Made by a program: the position numbers and the translations under genes. This document shows, one piece after another, positions 9,619 to 20,010 of a DNA stretch of 64,000 bases. Within the stretch, counting starts at the first letter, position 1; each line of letters starts with the position of its first letter. Source of the stretch: Candidatus Caldarchaeum subterraneum (GTDB lineage Archaea > Thermoproteota > Nitrososphaeria_A > Caldarchaeales > Caldarchaeaceae); contig CALHAG010000002.1 of NCBI GenBank assembly GCA_937934305.1, positions 13,263 to 77,262 on the forward strand, read 5' to 3'. Below the pieces are notes generated by a model. That model ran no database searches and was not told the origin of the DNA. It was given only the letters and a program-made list of their open reading frames with translations.

Positions 9619-10476
9619 ATGCCCAGGCTGTTCTATGTTTTGCAGGGTGTTGGCGCGGGTTTTTTCTTCGGCACCGCATCTATCTTTGTCAGGTTTCTGA
9701 CAGGTGTTGACGCTTTCACGATTGTTGTTTTCCGTGTATTGGTGGCGGGGCTTCTTCTTTCGGTCTTGGCTGCTTTTTTCTTCCGGAGTGATGTTGTAAA
9801 GGCTTTTCGCAGCTTTCCCGGAGAGATACCGCTGCTCGGTCTTCTCCTGAGCTTTCACTTCATCTTTTTCGTGCTCGGTGTCCAAAACACCTCCGTCGTC
9901 AACGCAACCACTCTCGTCAACACTACGCCCGCGATGGCTCTTGCTATAGGCTGGGGCCTCGGCTGGACCAGGCCCTCAAACCTCAACGTTGTTGGACTGG
10001 TTCTCGCTGTAGCAGGCTCTGCTACCATGGCGTTGGGCGAATCGTCTGGAGCAGGTGGAGGGTTGCTTGGCAACGTCTACGCCGTGTTGGGGGCTTTTTT
10101 CTGGGCCCTCTATCTCGTTGTTGGGAAAAGGGTTAGGCAGGAGGTGAACATCTTCGCCGTCTTTGGCCCGCTTCTACTCTTCACATCTCTACCGGCCCTG
10201 GCGGCGGCTTACCTACTGGGCCAAGGCCTCTACCCGCCTAACTTGGAGCAGACGCTTTTCCTCCTCGCTCTCGCGCTTTTCCCCACTGTTCTCGGCCACG
10301 GACTACAGTTCTCCAGCTTGAGAGGACTTCACCCATATCAAGCGTCCTCGCTTGCTCTGTTGGAGCCGATTGTTGCGGCTCTTCTCGCCGCTGTTTTGCT
10401 TGCTGAGGTCGCGGGCCCGGTGACCTATCTTGGAGCAGCCGCGGTGATTTTGGGCATCTATCTCGTCATAAGGTAG
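9619..10476 (+). CDS. DMT/EamA family transporter
   Basis: About 10 TM segments; NTSVVNATTLVNTTP, LLEPIVAALLA. Confidence 0.88.
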   Translation: MPRLFYVLQGVGAGFFFGTASIFVRFLTGVDAFTIVVFRVLVAGLLLSVLAAFFFRSDVVKAFRSFPGEIPLLGLLLSFHFIFFVLGVQNTSVVNATTLVNTTPAMALAIGWGLGWTRPSNLNVVGLVLAVAGSATMALGESSGAGGGLLGNVYAVLGAFFWALYLVVGKRVRQEVNIFAVFGPLLLFTSLPALAAAYLLGQGLYPPNLEQTLFLLALALFPTVLGHGLQFSSLRGLHPYQASSLALLEPIVAALLAAVLLAEVAGPVTYLGAAAVILGIYLVIR

Positions 10477-11408
10477 TCGATGAGGAGTTTGGCTGTGGCG
10501 GCGTCTTGGACGGCGAGGCCCACGCTCTTGAAAACAGTTATCTCACGCTCATCTGTTCTCCCGGGCTTGAGTCCCGCGGCTATTTCCCCTATCTCTGCGT
10601 AGATGTCCTCGAACCTCATCAGCCCAAGCTCAATAGGCTTGAGGATGTCGCCAGCCTCCTCCCGCACCGCTTCACGCGAGTCAACCACGAGCTTCGAGTT
10701 TGCGACGAGCGCTGGCTCGATTTCAACCATCTCGGGTGTGTAGCCTCCTATGGCGGATATGTGTGTGCCTTCTTTCACCCAGCTCTTGAGCACTACCGGC
10801 TGCTTAGAGGTTGTTACTGTTATCACTACGTCGCTCCATCTCACAAGCTCCTCCGCAGTCGGCGACGGCTTAACATCATGACCCAGGCGACCCATCTCCG
10901 CCACAAACTCGTTTAAGCGCTTCGAGTCGATGTCATAGGCCTTGAAGATGGTGTATGGATAGTTTGCCGCGACAACTCGAAGCTGCCACCTCGCCTGATA
11001 ACCTGTGCCGATTATGCCGACTCTGGTGAAGTCACGGCGTGCGAGATGTTTGATGGAGACGGTTGTTGCGGCCGCTGTCCGTAGACCTGTGAGGGCCCTG
11101 GCCTCTGCGACGAGCCGAGGCAGCCCCGTCGAGGCGTCCAAGGCTATGACTGTGGCGTTAATTGTTGGGAGACTTTTTTCAAGGTTCCGGGGATAGACTG
11201 TCACCAGCTTGAGGCTGAAAATCCCCATATCGGGAACAAGGCACGGCATCATCAATATGTCTCCTCCATGCTCCCTGTTTTCGACGCGTGAGCGGACAGG
11301 CATCACAACGCGGCCTGTGCTGTAAAGGATGTAGGCACGCTCCACAGCCTCAACAACCTTCACAGGGTCAACCAAAGAAGCCACTTCATCATCAGTCAAA
11401 AACTTCAT
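10458..11408 (-). CDS. Ornithine cyclodeaminase/mu-crystallin family protein (archaeal alanine dehydrogenase-like)
   Basis: KLVTVYPRN, LTGLRTAA, GIIGTGYQA, FKSVGLAVQD. Likely start ATG 11408. Confidence 0.88.
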   Translation of the reverse strand: MKFLTDDEVASLVDPVKVVEAVERAYILYSTGRVVMPVRSRVENREHGGDILMMPCLVPDMGIFSLKLVTVYPRNLEKSLPTINATVIALDASTGLPRLVAEARALTGLRTAAATTVSIKHLARRDFTRVGIIGTGYQARWQLRVVAANYPYTIFKAYDIDSKRLNEFVAEMGRLGHDVKPSPTAEELVRWSDVVITVTTSKQPVVLKSWVKEGTHISAIGGYTPEMVEIEPALVANSKLVVDSREAVREEAGDILKPIELGLMRFEDIYAEIGEIAAGLKPGRTDEREITVFKSVGLAVQDAATAKLLIDYLMTR

Positions 11409-11478
11409 ACATGGAACGGGCAGCAGCGCACTTATATCCTTGTATATGCACCATCTATAAATCATCTCAATTGAACTT

Positions 11479-13752
11479 TTGAACGTGTCCGCCGGACGGG
11501 CTGCAACGTTTCTAATTTTCGCGCTACTGCTGACTATTTCCTCAGTTCACGGCGGTGTTGTAGAGGAGTTGGTGCAGCGTCCGCCGGCTGAAAAGAGCGA
11601 TTCCTCATCCATGGTTGGGGAAATGTTCGCCGAGCTGGGTTTCGACGGCTACATTCAGCGGAGATATTATCCGCTTCTTGATGTAAGCTTGGTTGACATA
11701 GGTGTTGACAGGCTTTTGAATGTCTCGGGCTTGAATGCGGCGGCTGTTGATGGCCGCGGTGTCTTGATAGCTGTTGTGGACACGGGGGTGGATTACCGTC
11801 ATCCAGCCTTCAGAACAGCTAATGGCACGAGGATTGTTGCTATCTGGGACCAGACGGTCGAGGGGAAGCCGCCGCAAGGCTTCGGATACGGCTACGAATG
11901 CGATAGACAAGAGATTTTATCAGGCACTTGTCCTCAGCGCGACACGGTGGGCCATGGAACGGTGGTGGCCTCGATTGCGGCTGGAGGAGTTTACGGCGAG
12001 TGGGTGCTGAGAGGTGTTGCCTCTGGCGCGGAACTGGTTGTGGTAAAGACCGGAGGCCCTGCGTGTGGTGGGACGCGGTGGTTCTTCGGCGAAACGGGGC
12101 TGCTTGACGGCATAGCCTATGCGGTTGATAAGGCAAAGCAACTGGGTAGAAGGCTTGTCGTCGTCCTGAGTCTCGGAACAGACATCGGTGCACATGACGG
12201 CAGCACACCCCTTGAAAAAGCGCTAGACAAATGGGCCGAGGAGGATGGAGTCGTCTTCGTCGTCGCAGCAGGAAACTCGGCCAACGACTCCCGACACGTC
12301 GAAGCAACACTCACGCAAGGCATCCAGCTCACACTACGGATGACTATTCCTGAGCAGACAACAGAGGCCGCCCTTTCCCTCGTAACCCACTCCGGAAACG
12401 TTATGGAGCTAGCTCTTACATCACCGTCGCTGAACAGGGTGGAGCTGCCGCTAAACGGCTCCAAAACCTTCAGAGAAATCACGCTCGAAACAAGCACACA
12501 GAGAACAGGGCCTCTTCAGGAAATCGCCATCAGCATCAAAGCCAATCCTCTCGAGACAGGTGTTTGGAGGCTTTCTATAACACCGCGCCAAGTATTCGAC
12601 GGGAAAATGCATGCATGGCTCGAGTCAGACACATGTAGCCAAGAGTCGGAAGCCTTCCTCCCCTCAGAGGACTATGACATCACATCATCCTTCACGGTAA
12701 CTATTCCGGGCACAGCCAAGAAGGTCTTGACAGTCGGGGCCTATAACACTAGAAGAACTTGGACAGCGGGAGGACAGACATGGAGCGTGGGAGGCACAGT
12801 CGGAGACATCGAGTTCTACAGCGGACGCGGCCCCACCACAGACGGCAGAACCAAACCCGACATCACCGCACCCGGAGGCGTAGTGTTCGCAGCCCGTTCA
12901 AGAGATGCATCACGTCAAGCATTCAGCCCCAGCGAAGACACAGCGGTGAGCAGAGGCACCAGCATGGCCGCACCACATGCAGCTGGCGTGGCTGCGCTCA
13001 TCCTCCAACTCGCCCCAACCCTATCACCAGAAGAAGTTTTCGAAATTATCAGAAACACTGCGAGACGGGATAGCTACACAGGTGACACGGTGTCGAACAC
13101 ATGGGGGCATGGCAAGCTAAACGCAGACATAGCCTATGTACTTCTAGCCGAGGTGGATGGCCCGGTTGCAGAAGCTCGGCCGACGATTCTACTCGACAAC
13201 AAGGCAGTCGCCAACATCTCTACACCGAGCGTAACCAGCCTAGTGCTCTTGAGAAACAGACAAGCCAACATCTCTCTCCAGCTCCCCTCAACACCATACA
13301 CCCGATACACCACCACCCCCAGCCACTTCATCGTAAACGGTACACATGAGAAAGCACGTTTCATTCTCGATGCATATCATAGGGTTGATGTTCTATATCC
13401 CAACGGAACGATGATTGACACAGCCTGGGCACGGGAAGGAGACACACTGGACATCAACTCACTGCTAGGAGCCAAAGGGTTGAAACTTAGTTTGAGAGGC
13501 TATGTCGACGAGAAAGGTGTAGAACATAGCGGCACAACACTTCGCGTCACTGCTCCAACACGAATAACACTCATTCTAGAGGAGCCGAACATTCTCACGC
13601 CTGTGCTGGGAGCGCTCACCGCCTTAGTGCTGCTGGTTCTGCTGTCAACCGCTGTGATGCGGCTCAGACGCTACAGAAACTCTGGAACAAGGCCCTCGTC
13701 CACAACACACCTGCCTTCATCGTCCACGGAGCTTATCACGAAAAGCGGATGA
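11479..13752 (+). CDS. Secreted, membrane-anchored S8 subtilase with inserted domain (Csp-like architecture)
   Basis: Signal peptide; triad VVDTG, GHGTVVAS, GTSMAAPH; AAGNS oxyanion Asn; KPDITAPG; C-terminal TM followed by RLRRYR. Confidence 0.9.
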   Translation: MNVSAGRAATFLIFALLLTISSVHGGVVEELVQRPPAEKSDSSSMVGEMFAELGFDGYIQRRYYPLLDVSLVDIGVDRLLNVSGLNAAAVDGRGVLIAVVDTGVDYRHPAFRTANGTRIVAIWDQTVEGKPPQGFGYGYECDRQEILSGTCPQRDTVGHGTVVASIAAGGVYGEWVLRGVASGAELVVVKTGGPACGGTRWFFGETGLLDGIAYAVDKAKQLGRRLVVVLSLGTDIGAHDGSTPLEKALDKWAEEDGVVFVVAAGNSANDSRHVEATLTQGIQLTLRMTIPEQTTEAALSLVTHSGNVMELALTSPSLNRVELPLNGSKTFREITLETSTQRTGPLQEIAISIKANPLETGVWRLSITPRQVFDGKMHAWLESDTCSQESEAFLPSEDYDITSSFTVTIPGTAKKVLTVGAYNTRRTWTAGGQTWSVGGTVGDIEFYSGRGPTTDGRTKPDITAPGGVVFAARSRDASRQAFSPSEDTAVSRGTSMAAPHAAGVAALILQLAPTLSPEEVFEIIRNTARRDSYTGDTVSNTWGHGKLNADIAYVLLAEVDGPVAEARPTILLDNKAVANISTPSVTSLVLLRNRQANISLQLPSTPYTRYTTTPSHFIVNGTHEKARFILDAYHRVDVLYPNGTMIDTAWAREGDTLDINSLLGAKGLKLSLRGYVDEKGVEHSGTTLRVTAPTRITLILEEPNILTPVLGALTALVLLVLLSTAVMRLRRYRNSGTRPSSTTHLPSSSTELITKSG

Positions 13753-14306
13753 TACCTATCACGTGGAATCATATCAGGTCTGGGATGCCCTGCAAACGCC
13801 AAGTCGATTATGACATAGCATGCCGTGACATGGACTCCGCATTCATTTAGAAGGGCGGCGGCCGTGTTTATCGTCGAAGAGGTCCGTCTCACATCGTCTA
13901 TGAGAAACACGTTGCGAAACCGGGATGCAACCGCCTTGTCCAAGTGAAGCGTCACGGGTTTACTTTCCGTGACTGAGAAACCTTCCGCCGCAACCGGCTG
14001 CTGAAAAATTAGTTTTCTCGCCTTGTGAATTGAGAAGTACGGTTTCCCAAGCTCGTTGGCCAAAGCCAAGCCATATTTGGCGCCCGAAGTCTCAACAGAG
14101 GCCACAGCATCCGCATCATACCCCATCTTCTCAGCATGCATTTTGACAAGCTTGGCAATCGCCCGGAAAACCATAGGCTCATGCACAACATTCAGCCAAA
14201 AAATCCTAAGTATCCTCTTGCCCTCCACTGGAACTATCTTTACATGGGCCCCTGTCCTAAGACCATTTAACAGCTTATGGAGAACATTGACAAAGTCGCT
14301 CTCCAC
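13671..14306 (-). CDS. Type I phosphoribosyltransferase family protein
   Basis: VASVETSG, LANELGKPY..HK, PRPP-binding-like VFLIDDVRRTSST. Confidence 0.78.
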   Translation of the reverse strand: MESDFVNVLHKLLNGLRTGAHVKIVPVEGKRILRIFWLNVVHEPMVFRAIAKLVKMHAEKMGYDADAVASVETSGAKYGLALANELGKPYFSIHKARKLIFQQPVAAEGFSVTESKPVTLHLDKAVASRFRNVFLIDDVRRTSSTINTAAALLNECGVHVTACYVIIDLAFAGHPRPDMIPRDRYHPLFVISSVDDEGRCVVDEGLVPEFL

Positions 14307-14327
14307 AAAACGTATTCAATTTGGCTC

Positions 14328-15449
14328 CTAATATATGGTGCGGGTCTTTGCGGCGGCTGGTGCCCACTGAAACAAGAGAGCAGCGATGAAAGGCATGAAA
14401 GCTAGGCTGAGCAGAACACTCTGGTATCCATAGACATCGACGGCGACGCCGACGAAGGGTACAATTAAGTGGCCTAATCCGAAGGTCAGCCCATACATCA
14501 GGGCCGAGGCTGCTCCTAGGTTTTGGGGTAAAAGGTCATGGGAGTATGCGACCAGTATGGGGTGGACGGCGAATATGAGGAACCCTAGGACACCGTATGA
14601 GAGATATGATAGCTGCGGGGGAGTAAGGACGGCGACGGGTATCCAGAGACCGGTCAGCAACAGAAACATTGAAACCGCTCTTCTCTTACCAATTTTCTCG
14701 GCAACATATCCGGCTGACAACATACCGCCAGCACCCGCGAGTATCATGACCGTCAACACCGTTCCAGCAATAGAGAAACTTAGACCACGCTCCGTGAGAT
14801 AGAGAGGGAGAAAAGTGACGAATGATAACGCGGCCACTGCGCGGAAAATAGCTGTGGCTAACGCGAAGCCGAGCTTCTTTACATCCGGCCTAACAGAGTT
14901 TTGAACATGTGCTTCAAGAGGTTGCCTCACCCCTACCAAGAGCATGCTTGCTGCCAAAGCGGGTAGTAAAATGAGGAGCCAAGTGCCTCGAACCCCCATG
15001 ACGGCGTAAGCTGTTGTAGCGTGGAAGGAGCCGACCGCCAACCCGACGTCCCCACCCGACATGAAGAAGGATACCGACGAAGCCCTTTTCTCTGAAACTG
15101 AGGCCAAGGAGGTTGCCGGAGGATGGAACAAGGCTGAACCGACTCCGCCGAGAAACCCGAGCAACAACATCAAGGAATAGCTTTCAACAAACCCGATGGC
15201 TGAGACCGCGACACCTCCCAAAAAAAGTCCGAGAGGCATCAAGATGGTTTTAGGCTTCCTGTCAAAGAAAAGCCCCACCGCTATTTGGAGGAATGATGCT
15301 GTCATCAAGTAGACAGTAGGAATCAAAGCTAGTGTGGCTGCAGATGATGTCTGCTGCGCCGCCAGTAGCGGAAGCAACGGAGGTAAGCTTGTGTAGAGAG
15401 TGTCGTTAGCTAAATGGCCGAAGAAAAGCAGCGGTAACCTTTTTGTCAT
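14328..15449 (-). CDS. MFS transporter (Fsr-like)
   Basis: GHLANDTLY, LPPLLP, GVGSALFHP, about 12 TM segments. Confidence 0.88.
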   Translation of the reverse strand: MTKRLPLLFFGHLANDTLYTSLPPLLPLLAAQQTSSAATLALIPTVYLMTASFLQIAVGLFFDRKPKTILMPLGLFLGGVAVSAIGFVESYSLMLLLGFLGGVGSALFHPPATSLASVSEKRASSVSFFMSGGDVGLAVGSFHATTAYAVMGVRGTWLLILLPALAASMLLVGVRQPLEAHVQNSVRPDVKKLGFALATAIFRAVAALSFVTFLPLYLTERGLSFSIAGTVLTVMILAGAGGMLSAGYVAEKIGKRRAVSMFLLLTGLWIPVAVLTPPQLSYLSYGVLGFLIFAVHPILVAYSHDLLPQNLGAASALMYGLTFGLGHLIVPFVGVAVDVYGYQSVLLSLAFMPFIAALLFQWAPAAAKTRTIY

Positions 15450-15518
15450 TTTTCCCGAGGTTTTTGAATAATCTGGGTTTTAGAGATTTCCATCCCCGAC
15501 AACCCTAAAACAAGGGCG

Positions 15519-16661
15519 TTGGTACTCTGCTATGTGAAAGAGGTTCTAGACCTGCCATCCCTTTTTCCGCTGAGCTACTGGGAGAAGATGAGTGACTCAG
15601 GCCTGTTTCCCGAGGAGTTTTGGCGAGAGTGTGGAAGACGTCGATTGCCCGGTTTCCTTATTCCAGCAACCTATGGTGGATTGGGTAAAACTGTCGGCGA
15701 CCTCGTCGAGGCCGTGATTTACCTCACTATGTATGGCTGCGGAACAGCTGTTTACCCACTTCTCAGCAACAACATGTCCTCGCTCGTGATAAACAAGTCA
15801 GGAACCGAGAAACAGCGACAAAAATTTCTCCCACGCCTCGCCATAGGCGAATACATCATGGGTCTCTCGATAACGGAGAGGGAGTCGGGCTCGGATGTGC
15901 TCTCGATAAAGACAACCGCGGTCAAACAGGGTGGAAAATATGTGATAAATGGTGAGAAGATGTATGTCAACAACTTTGACAGAGCTACTCACATGCTTCT
16001 CGCCGCTAGAACCACACCTGTTGAGCGTGCTGCGAAGAAGAGCCTGGGGCTTACGTTGTTTGTTCTCGACATGAAGAGCGCTGGGCTTAGCTTCTCGGAG
16101 CTCCCGAAGATGGGCACCAACTATTTCAGGACAGGTGTGATGAGGCTTGAAAATGTGGAGGTTGATGAAGAGGATGTTGTGGGGGAGCTGGACAATGGAT
16201 GGAAAGCTCTTGCACACGCCCTTAACCCGGACCGCATAGTTTACGCAGCTGTCGCCGTTGGCTCAGCGCTCTTCGCCATCAAAACAGCCACCTCATACGC
16301 CCAAGAGCGCAAAGTCTTCGGAAAACCGATAGGAGCTTATCAGGGCATACAGTTCCCACTCGCATCTCTCTACACAGAAACAGAGGCTGCAAGGCTTCTT
16401 ACACTAGACGCGGCTGCGAAATTTGACAGAGGTGAGGATGCGAGCGTGGCCGCGTGCTTGGCAAAGTACTTCGCCTCTGAGGTGGTGTTTAAGGCTGTTG
16501 GGCAGGCTGTTCAGGTTCTCGGCGGATACGGCTACCTTAGGGAGTCGGGGCTGGAGCGTGTGCTTAGAGACATCTACTTGCTCAGGTCAGGGCCGATTAC
16601 GCAGGAGCTGGCCCTCGCATTCATAGCAGAGAAAGGCCTCGGCTTGCCGCGGTCCTACTAA
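15519..16661 (+). CDS. Acyl-CoA dehydrogenase
   Basis: SITERESGSD, YVINGEKMY, ERKVFGKPIGAYQGIQF, AVQVLGGYGY. Confidence 0.9.
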   Translation: MVLCYVKEVLDLPSLFPLSYWEKMSDSGLFPEEFWRECGRRRLPGFLIPATYGGLGKTVGDLVEAVIYLTMYGCGTAVYPLLSNNMSSLVINKSGTEKQRQKFLPRLAIGEYIMGLSITERESGSDVLSIKTTAVKQGGKYVINGEKMYVNNFDRATHMLLAARTTPVERAAKKSLGLTLFVLDMKSAGLSFSELPKMGTNYFRTGVMRLENVEVDEEDVVGELDNGWKALAHALNPDRIVYAAVAVGSALFAIKTATSYAQERKVFGKPIGAYQGIQFPLASLYTETEAARLLTLDAAAKFDRGEDASVAACLAKYFASEVVFKAVGQAVQVLGGYGYLRESGLERVLRDIYLLRSGPITQELALAFIAEKGLGLPRSY

Positions 16662-17635
16662 AGCTCCACAACCCGGCCCACATCCATCTTCTCAGCCATG
16701 CGCAAGACACGCGAAGTGAAGTAGAGGTCGAGAGCCGCAAACCCAACGGATTTGAGCAAAGATACATGAACGTTACGGGGCCTTGTCAAATTTTGTTTAA
16801 CAACTTCATGCAGCTCAAGAACCTTCGCCGGGTCCACGATGCCCTTCTCCACAGCCGCCATGATGTCACCCGCTTCCCTTAGCACGGATTTCTTGAGGTC
16901 GGCTGCTATCAACTCTGCGCGTCGAAAAGTCTCAAGGTCAAGTTCTCTACGCGTAGGAAGAGCACCTATGCTCGTCACATGCACGTTTTCCGCAAGCCAC
17001 TCACCCGATAAAACCGGTTCAGCCGAGTTCGTAGCCGTTAACACTACGTCAGCGTTTTCCACGGCTTCACGTGGGCTGTCAACAGCTTTTGCATCTATTC
17101 CAAGCGTTTTCGAAGCTTTTTCTGCAAGCTTCTCTCTGTTGGCCTTTGTTGGGCTGTAGATTTTGACACGCTCGATGTTGCGTACGGTGTGGAGGGCGGT
17201 TAACTGTGTCCAAGCTGTTCTCCCGCTTCCAATCAAAGCCGCGGACCTGCTGTCGACTGGCGCGAGATATTTTGCACCCACCCCACCAATAGCCCCTGTT
17301 CTCAGCGAAGTGAGTGCCACAGCGTCCAAAACACCTTTAAGCACGCCTGTTTCTATGTCGAAGAACAGCACAACACCATGAGCCGCCTCCATGCCGTGTA
17401 GAACAGGGTTTTTCCTGTACTCGTTTATCAGCTTCACCGCGTATCCTCCGACGTGGAGGCTCGCGGCCGGCATGTTGAGGTAGACAGCTTCACGCTCCTC
17501 AATCGCTGTAACCATCCGCGGCGGAGCAACATACTTCTCATCACCATAATCCCTGAAAAAATCTTCAACGATTTCCACAGAGGTTTTCATGTCAAGCCAG
17601 TTCTCGAGCTCGCTTCGAGAAATTACTCTGACCAA
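16658..17635 (-). CDS. Second ornithine cyclodeaminase/mu-crystallin family protein
   Basis: LTSLRTGA, LIGSGRTA, TATNSAEPV, LLKSVGFAALD. Confidence 0.86.
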   Translation of the reverse strand: MVRVISRSELENWLDMKTSVEIVEDFFRDYGDEKYVAPPRMVTAIEEREAVYLNMPAASLHVGGYAVKLINEYRKNPVLHGMEAAHGVVLFFDIETGVLKGVLDAVALTSLRTGAIGGVGAKYLAPVDSRSAALIGSGRTAWTQLTALHTVRNIERVKIYSPTKANREKLAEKASKTLGIDAKAVDSPREAVENADVVLTATNSAEPVLSGEWLAENVHVTSIGALPTRRELDLETFRRAELIAADLKKSVLREAGDIMAAVEKGIVDPAKVLELHEVVKQNLTRPRNVHVSLLKSVGFAALDLYFTSRVLRMAEKMDVGRVVEL

Positions 17636-17637
17636 TT

Positions 17638-18948
17638 TTATTCAGCCCGTTTATCGATGACGCGTTTGGCTTTGCCTACCTCTTGACGAGGTAGTGAGAG
17701 TGGTTCTGCGAGCTCCACCTGCACGCTTGTCAGCAGCGTCTCATGTAGTTCGCTCTCCAACTTGTTGCGGAGGGCTTCAGCCTCATCACCCTTCAATTCA
17801 TGGGCCAGCTCGGCGACGACTTTCATTTTATCAAGACCCTTCTCCCTCCAGATAATTATCTGATATTCGGGGCCGAGTTCACGGTGTCTGAGCAGCACTG
17901 CCTCGACGGCGCTGGGCCATACAGCAACCCCTGAAACCTTTATCATGTCATCAACCCTGCCCCTTATGTATCCAAGCCTGAGATGCGTTCTTCCACAGTC
18001 ACATGAACGAGCGTCGTAAATGTATGAGATGTCTCTGCAACGGTATCGCAGCAGCGGCGCAGCCTCCTTCGTCAAAGTAGTGAACACGAGCTCGCCTTTT
18101 TCCTCGGGGCCAACGGGTTCACCGGTCTTGGGGTCGATGACTTCTACGAGGAAATGGTCCTCCCAGAGATGCAGCCCATCGTGGAGAAAGCAGTCGTTCG
18201 CTACACCTGGTCCACAAAGCTCGGTGAACCCGTAGATATCGTACACATCCATGTTCCATTTCTCGGCGACCCATTTCTTCATCTCTGAAGTCCACATCTC
18301 CGAGCCGAAAACACCCTTCCTAACCAATGTATCCCTCGCCGGGTCCACACCCATCTCCAAAGCCGTCTCAGTCAACCTAAGAATGTATGAAACAACCGCG
18401 CAGACCATCGTGGTTCCAAAGTCAAGCATGTACTGGATTTGGCGGCGGCTGAAGCCTGCGCCTGTAGGGACAATCATGGCGCCTATCCTGCGTGCGCCGT
18501 AGTAGAACCCGAACCCGCCGGTAAACATTCCAAAGCTGGGTGTAATCTGGAAAACATCTTCCTTAGTAAGCCCGGACATGGCTAGGCTGCGGGCCGAGAC
18601 CTCAGCCCAGACCTCTATGTCGTTTTTTGTGTAGAACCCGAGAGTCGGCACACCTGTTGTCCCCGAGGTGGCGTGAACCTCGAGAACCTCGCTCCGCGGC
18701 ACCGCGAGAGTTCCGTATGGATAAAGTGAACGTAGCTCGTCTTTGGTTGTGAAAGGCAGCTTCACCAAGTCATCCACTGATTTAACGTCGTCTGGGCTGA
18801 CCTTAGCCTCATCAAGTTTCCTCCGGTAAAAGGGGTTGTTTCTGTAAGCGTGGCGAACAGTCCACCGGAGCATTTTATCACGGTTCTCCTCGATATCTTT
18901 CCTGCTCATAGTTTCAGCGGGCTTGTTGAAGAAGCGGGCTGAATTCAC
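17638..18948 (-). CDS. paaK: Phenylacetate--CoA ligase family (PaaK-like)
   Basis: LPFTTKDELR, HATSGTTG, DIYGFTELCGPG, HLWEDHF, PLLRYR, GRVDDMIKVSG, GKAKRVID. Likely start GTG 18948. Confidence 0.85.
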   Translation of the reverse strand: MNSARFFNKPAETMSRKDIEENRDKMLRWTVRHAYRNNPFYRRKLDEAKVSPDDVKSVDDLVKLPFTTKDELRSLYPYGTLAVPRSEVLEVHATSGTTGVPTLGFYTKNDIEVWAEVSARSLAMSGLTKEDVFQITPSFGMFTGGFGFYYGARRIGAMIVPTGAGFSRRQIQYMLDFGTTMVCAVVSYILRLTETALEMGVDPARDTLVRKGVFGSEMWTSEMKKWVAEKWNMDVYDIYGFTELCGPGVANDCFLHDGLHLWEDHFLVEVIDPKTGEPVGPEEKGELVFTTLTKEAAPLLRYRCRDISYIYDARSCDCGRTHLRLGYIRGRVDDMIKVSGVAVWPSAVEAVLLRHRELGPEYQIIIWREKGLDKMKVVAELAHELKGDEAEALRNKLESELHETLLTSVQVELAEPLSLPRQEVGKAKRVIDKRAE

Positions 18949-19043
18949 ATCAAGGCTGAGGAGCCGCCGTTCTAAAAAATGTTTACAACACAACAAAACA
19001 CAAACCAAAGCTATAATACTACGCAGCAAACCAGATATCCGTT

Positions 19044-20009
19044 ATGAAGCTGGTTACTTTCCAACATCCCCATCGTCGCGAACCACGTCTCGGCATTGTG
19101 TACGGCGAATACGTGATTGACGGAAACATGGCCTACACCGTGTTGTTAAGTGAGGAGGGCGAAGAGGACCCGGATGTTTTGGCAAATGCTCTTCTGCCAT
19201 CGAACATGATTTCTTTCCTGCGTAGAGGCCGGAGAGCTTTTGAGGCCGCTGAGAGAGTTTTGTTCAAGGCAAGGTCCTTCATCAACATGTCCTATGGAGA
19301 AGGCCTTGTGTATGAGCTTAGCAAAGTACACCTATATGCACCCATACCGCGGCCGGGCAAAATTATACACACCGCAGGAAACTTCCGCGAACACGCGAAA
19401 GAAGCTGAGAAAGCAAAGTGGGAGTTTCCGATTCCTCAGTGGATATCTTTCCTGAAGAGTCCCACAGCCGTCATAGGGCCATACGACAACATAGTGTATC
19501 CCAAGTACACCAAGGAGCTCGACTACGAGCTCGAGATGGCGATTGTGATTGGGAAGCGTGGCAAATATATCACGAAGGAGAGGGCGTTCGACTATGTAGC
19601 CGGATTCATGGTGTTTAACGACATAACCGCGCGTGATATTCAGCGGCAGGAGATGAAGAATGGGTTGCTGAACTTCGGAAAAAACCTTGACACATTTGCT
19701 CCACTAGGCCCCTATCTCGTGACAAAGGACGAGGTAAGCAACCCCCATAACCTGAAGATGGAGCTGCGGGTTAACGGCGAGGTGCGGCAGTCGGGGAACA
19801 CCAACAGGCTCTCGGTCACGCTGCAGGAGATTATCGAGCATTATTCATGGGTAATGCTTGAACCAGGCGACATCATCACCACGGGAACAATATCCGGAGT
19901 GGCCGCATTCAGAGAAAACCCGGAGAAATATTATCTCAAGCCAGGTGACTTGGTCGAGTCTGAGATTGAGAGCCTCGGCGTGATGCGTAATCCTGTCGTG
20001 GCTGAGTAA
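19044..20009 (+). CDS. Fumarylacetoacetate hydrolase family protein
   Basis: FLKSPTAVIGP, LDYELE, NDITARDIQ, GKNLDTFAPLGP, LEPGDIITTGT. Confidence 0.9.
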   Translation: MKLVTFQHPHRREPRLGIVYGEYVIDGNMAYTVLLSEEGEEDPDVLANALLPSNMISFLRRGRRAFEAAERVLFKARSFINMSYGEGLVYELSKVHLYAPIPRPGKIIHTAGNFREHAKEAEKAKWEFPIPQWISFLKSPTAVIGPYDNIVYPKYTKELDYELEMAIVIGKRGKYITKERAFDYVAGFMVFNDITARDIQRQEMKNGLLNFGKNLDTFAPLGPYLVTKDEVSNPHNLKMELRVNGEVRQSGNTNRLSVTLQEIIEHYSWVMLEPGDIITTGTISGVAAFRENPEKYYLKPGDLVESEIESLGVMRNPVVAE

Positions 20010-20010
20010 A

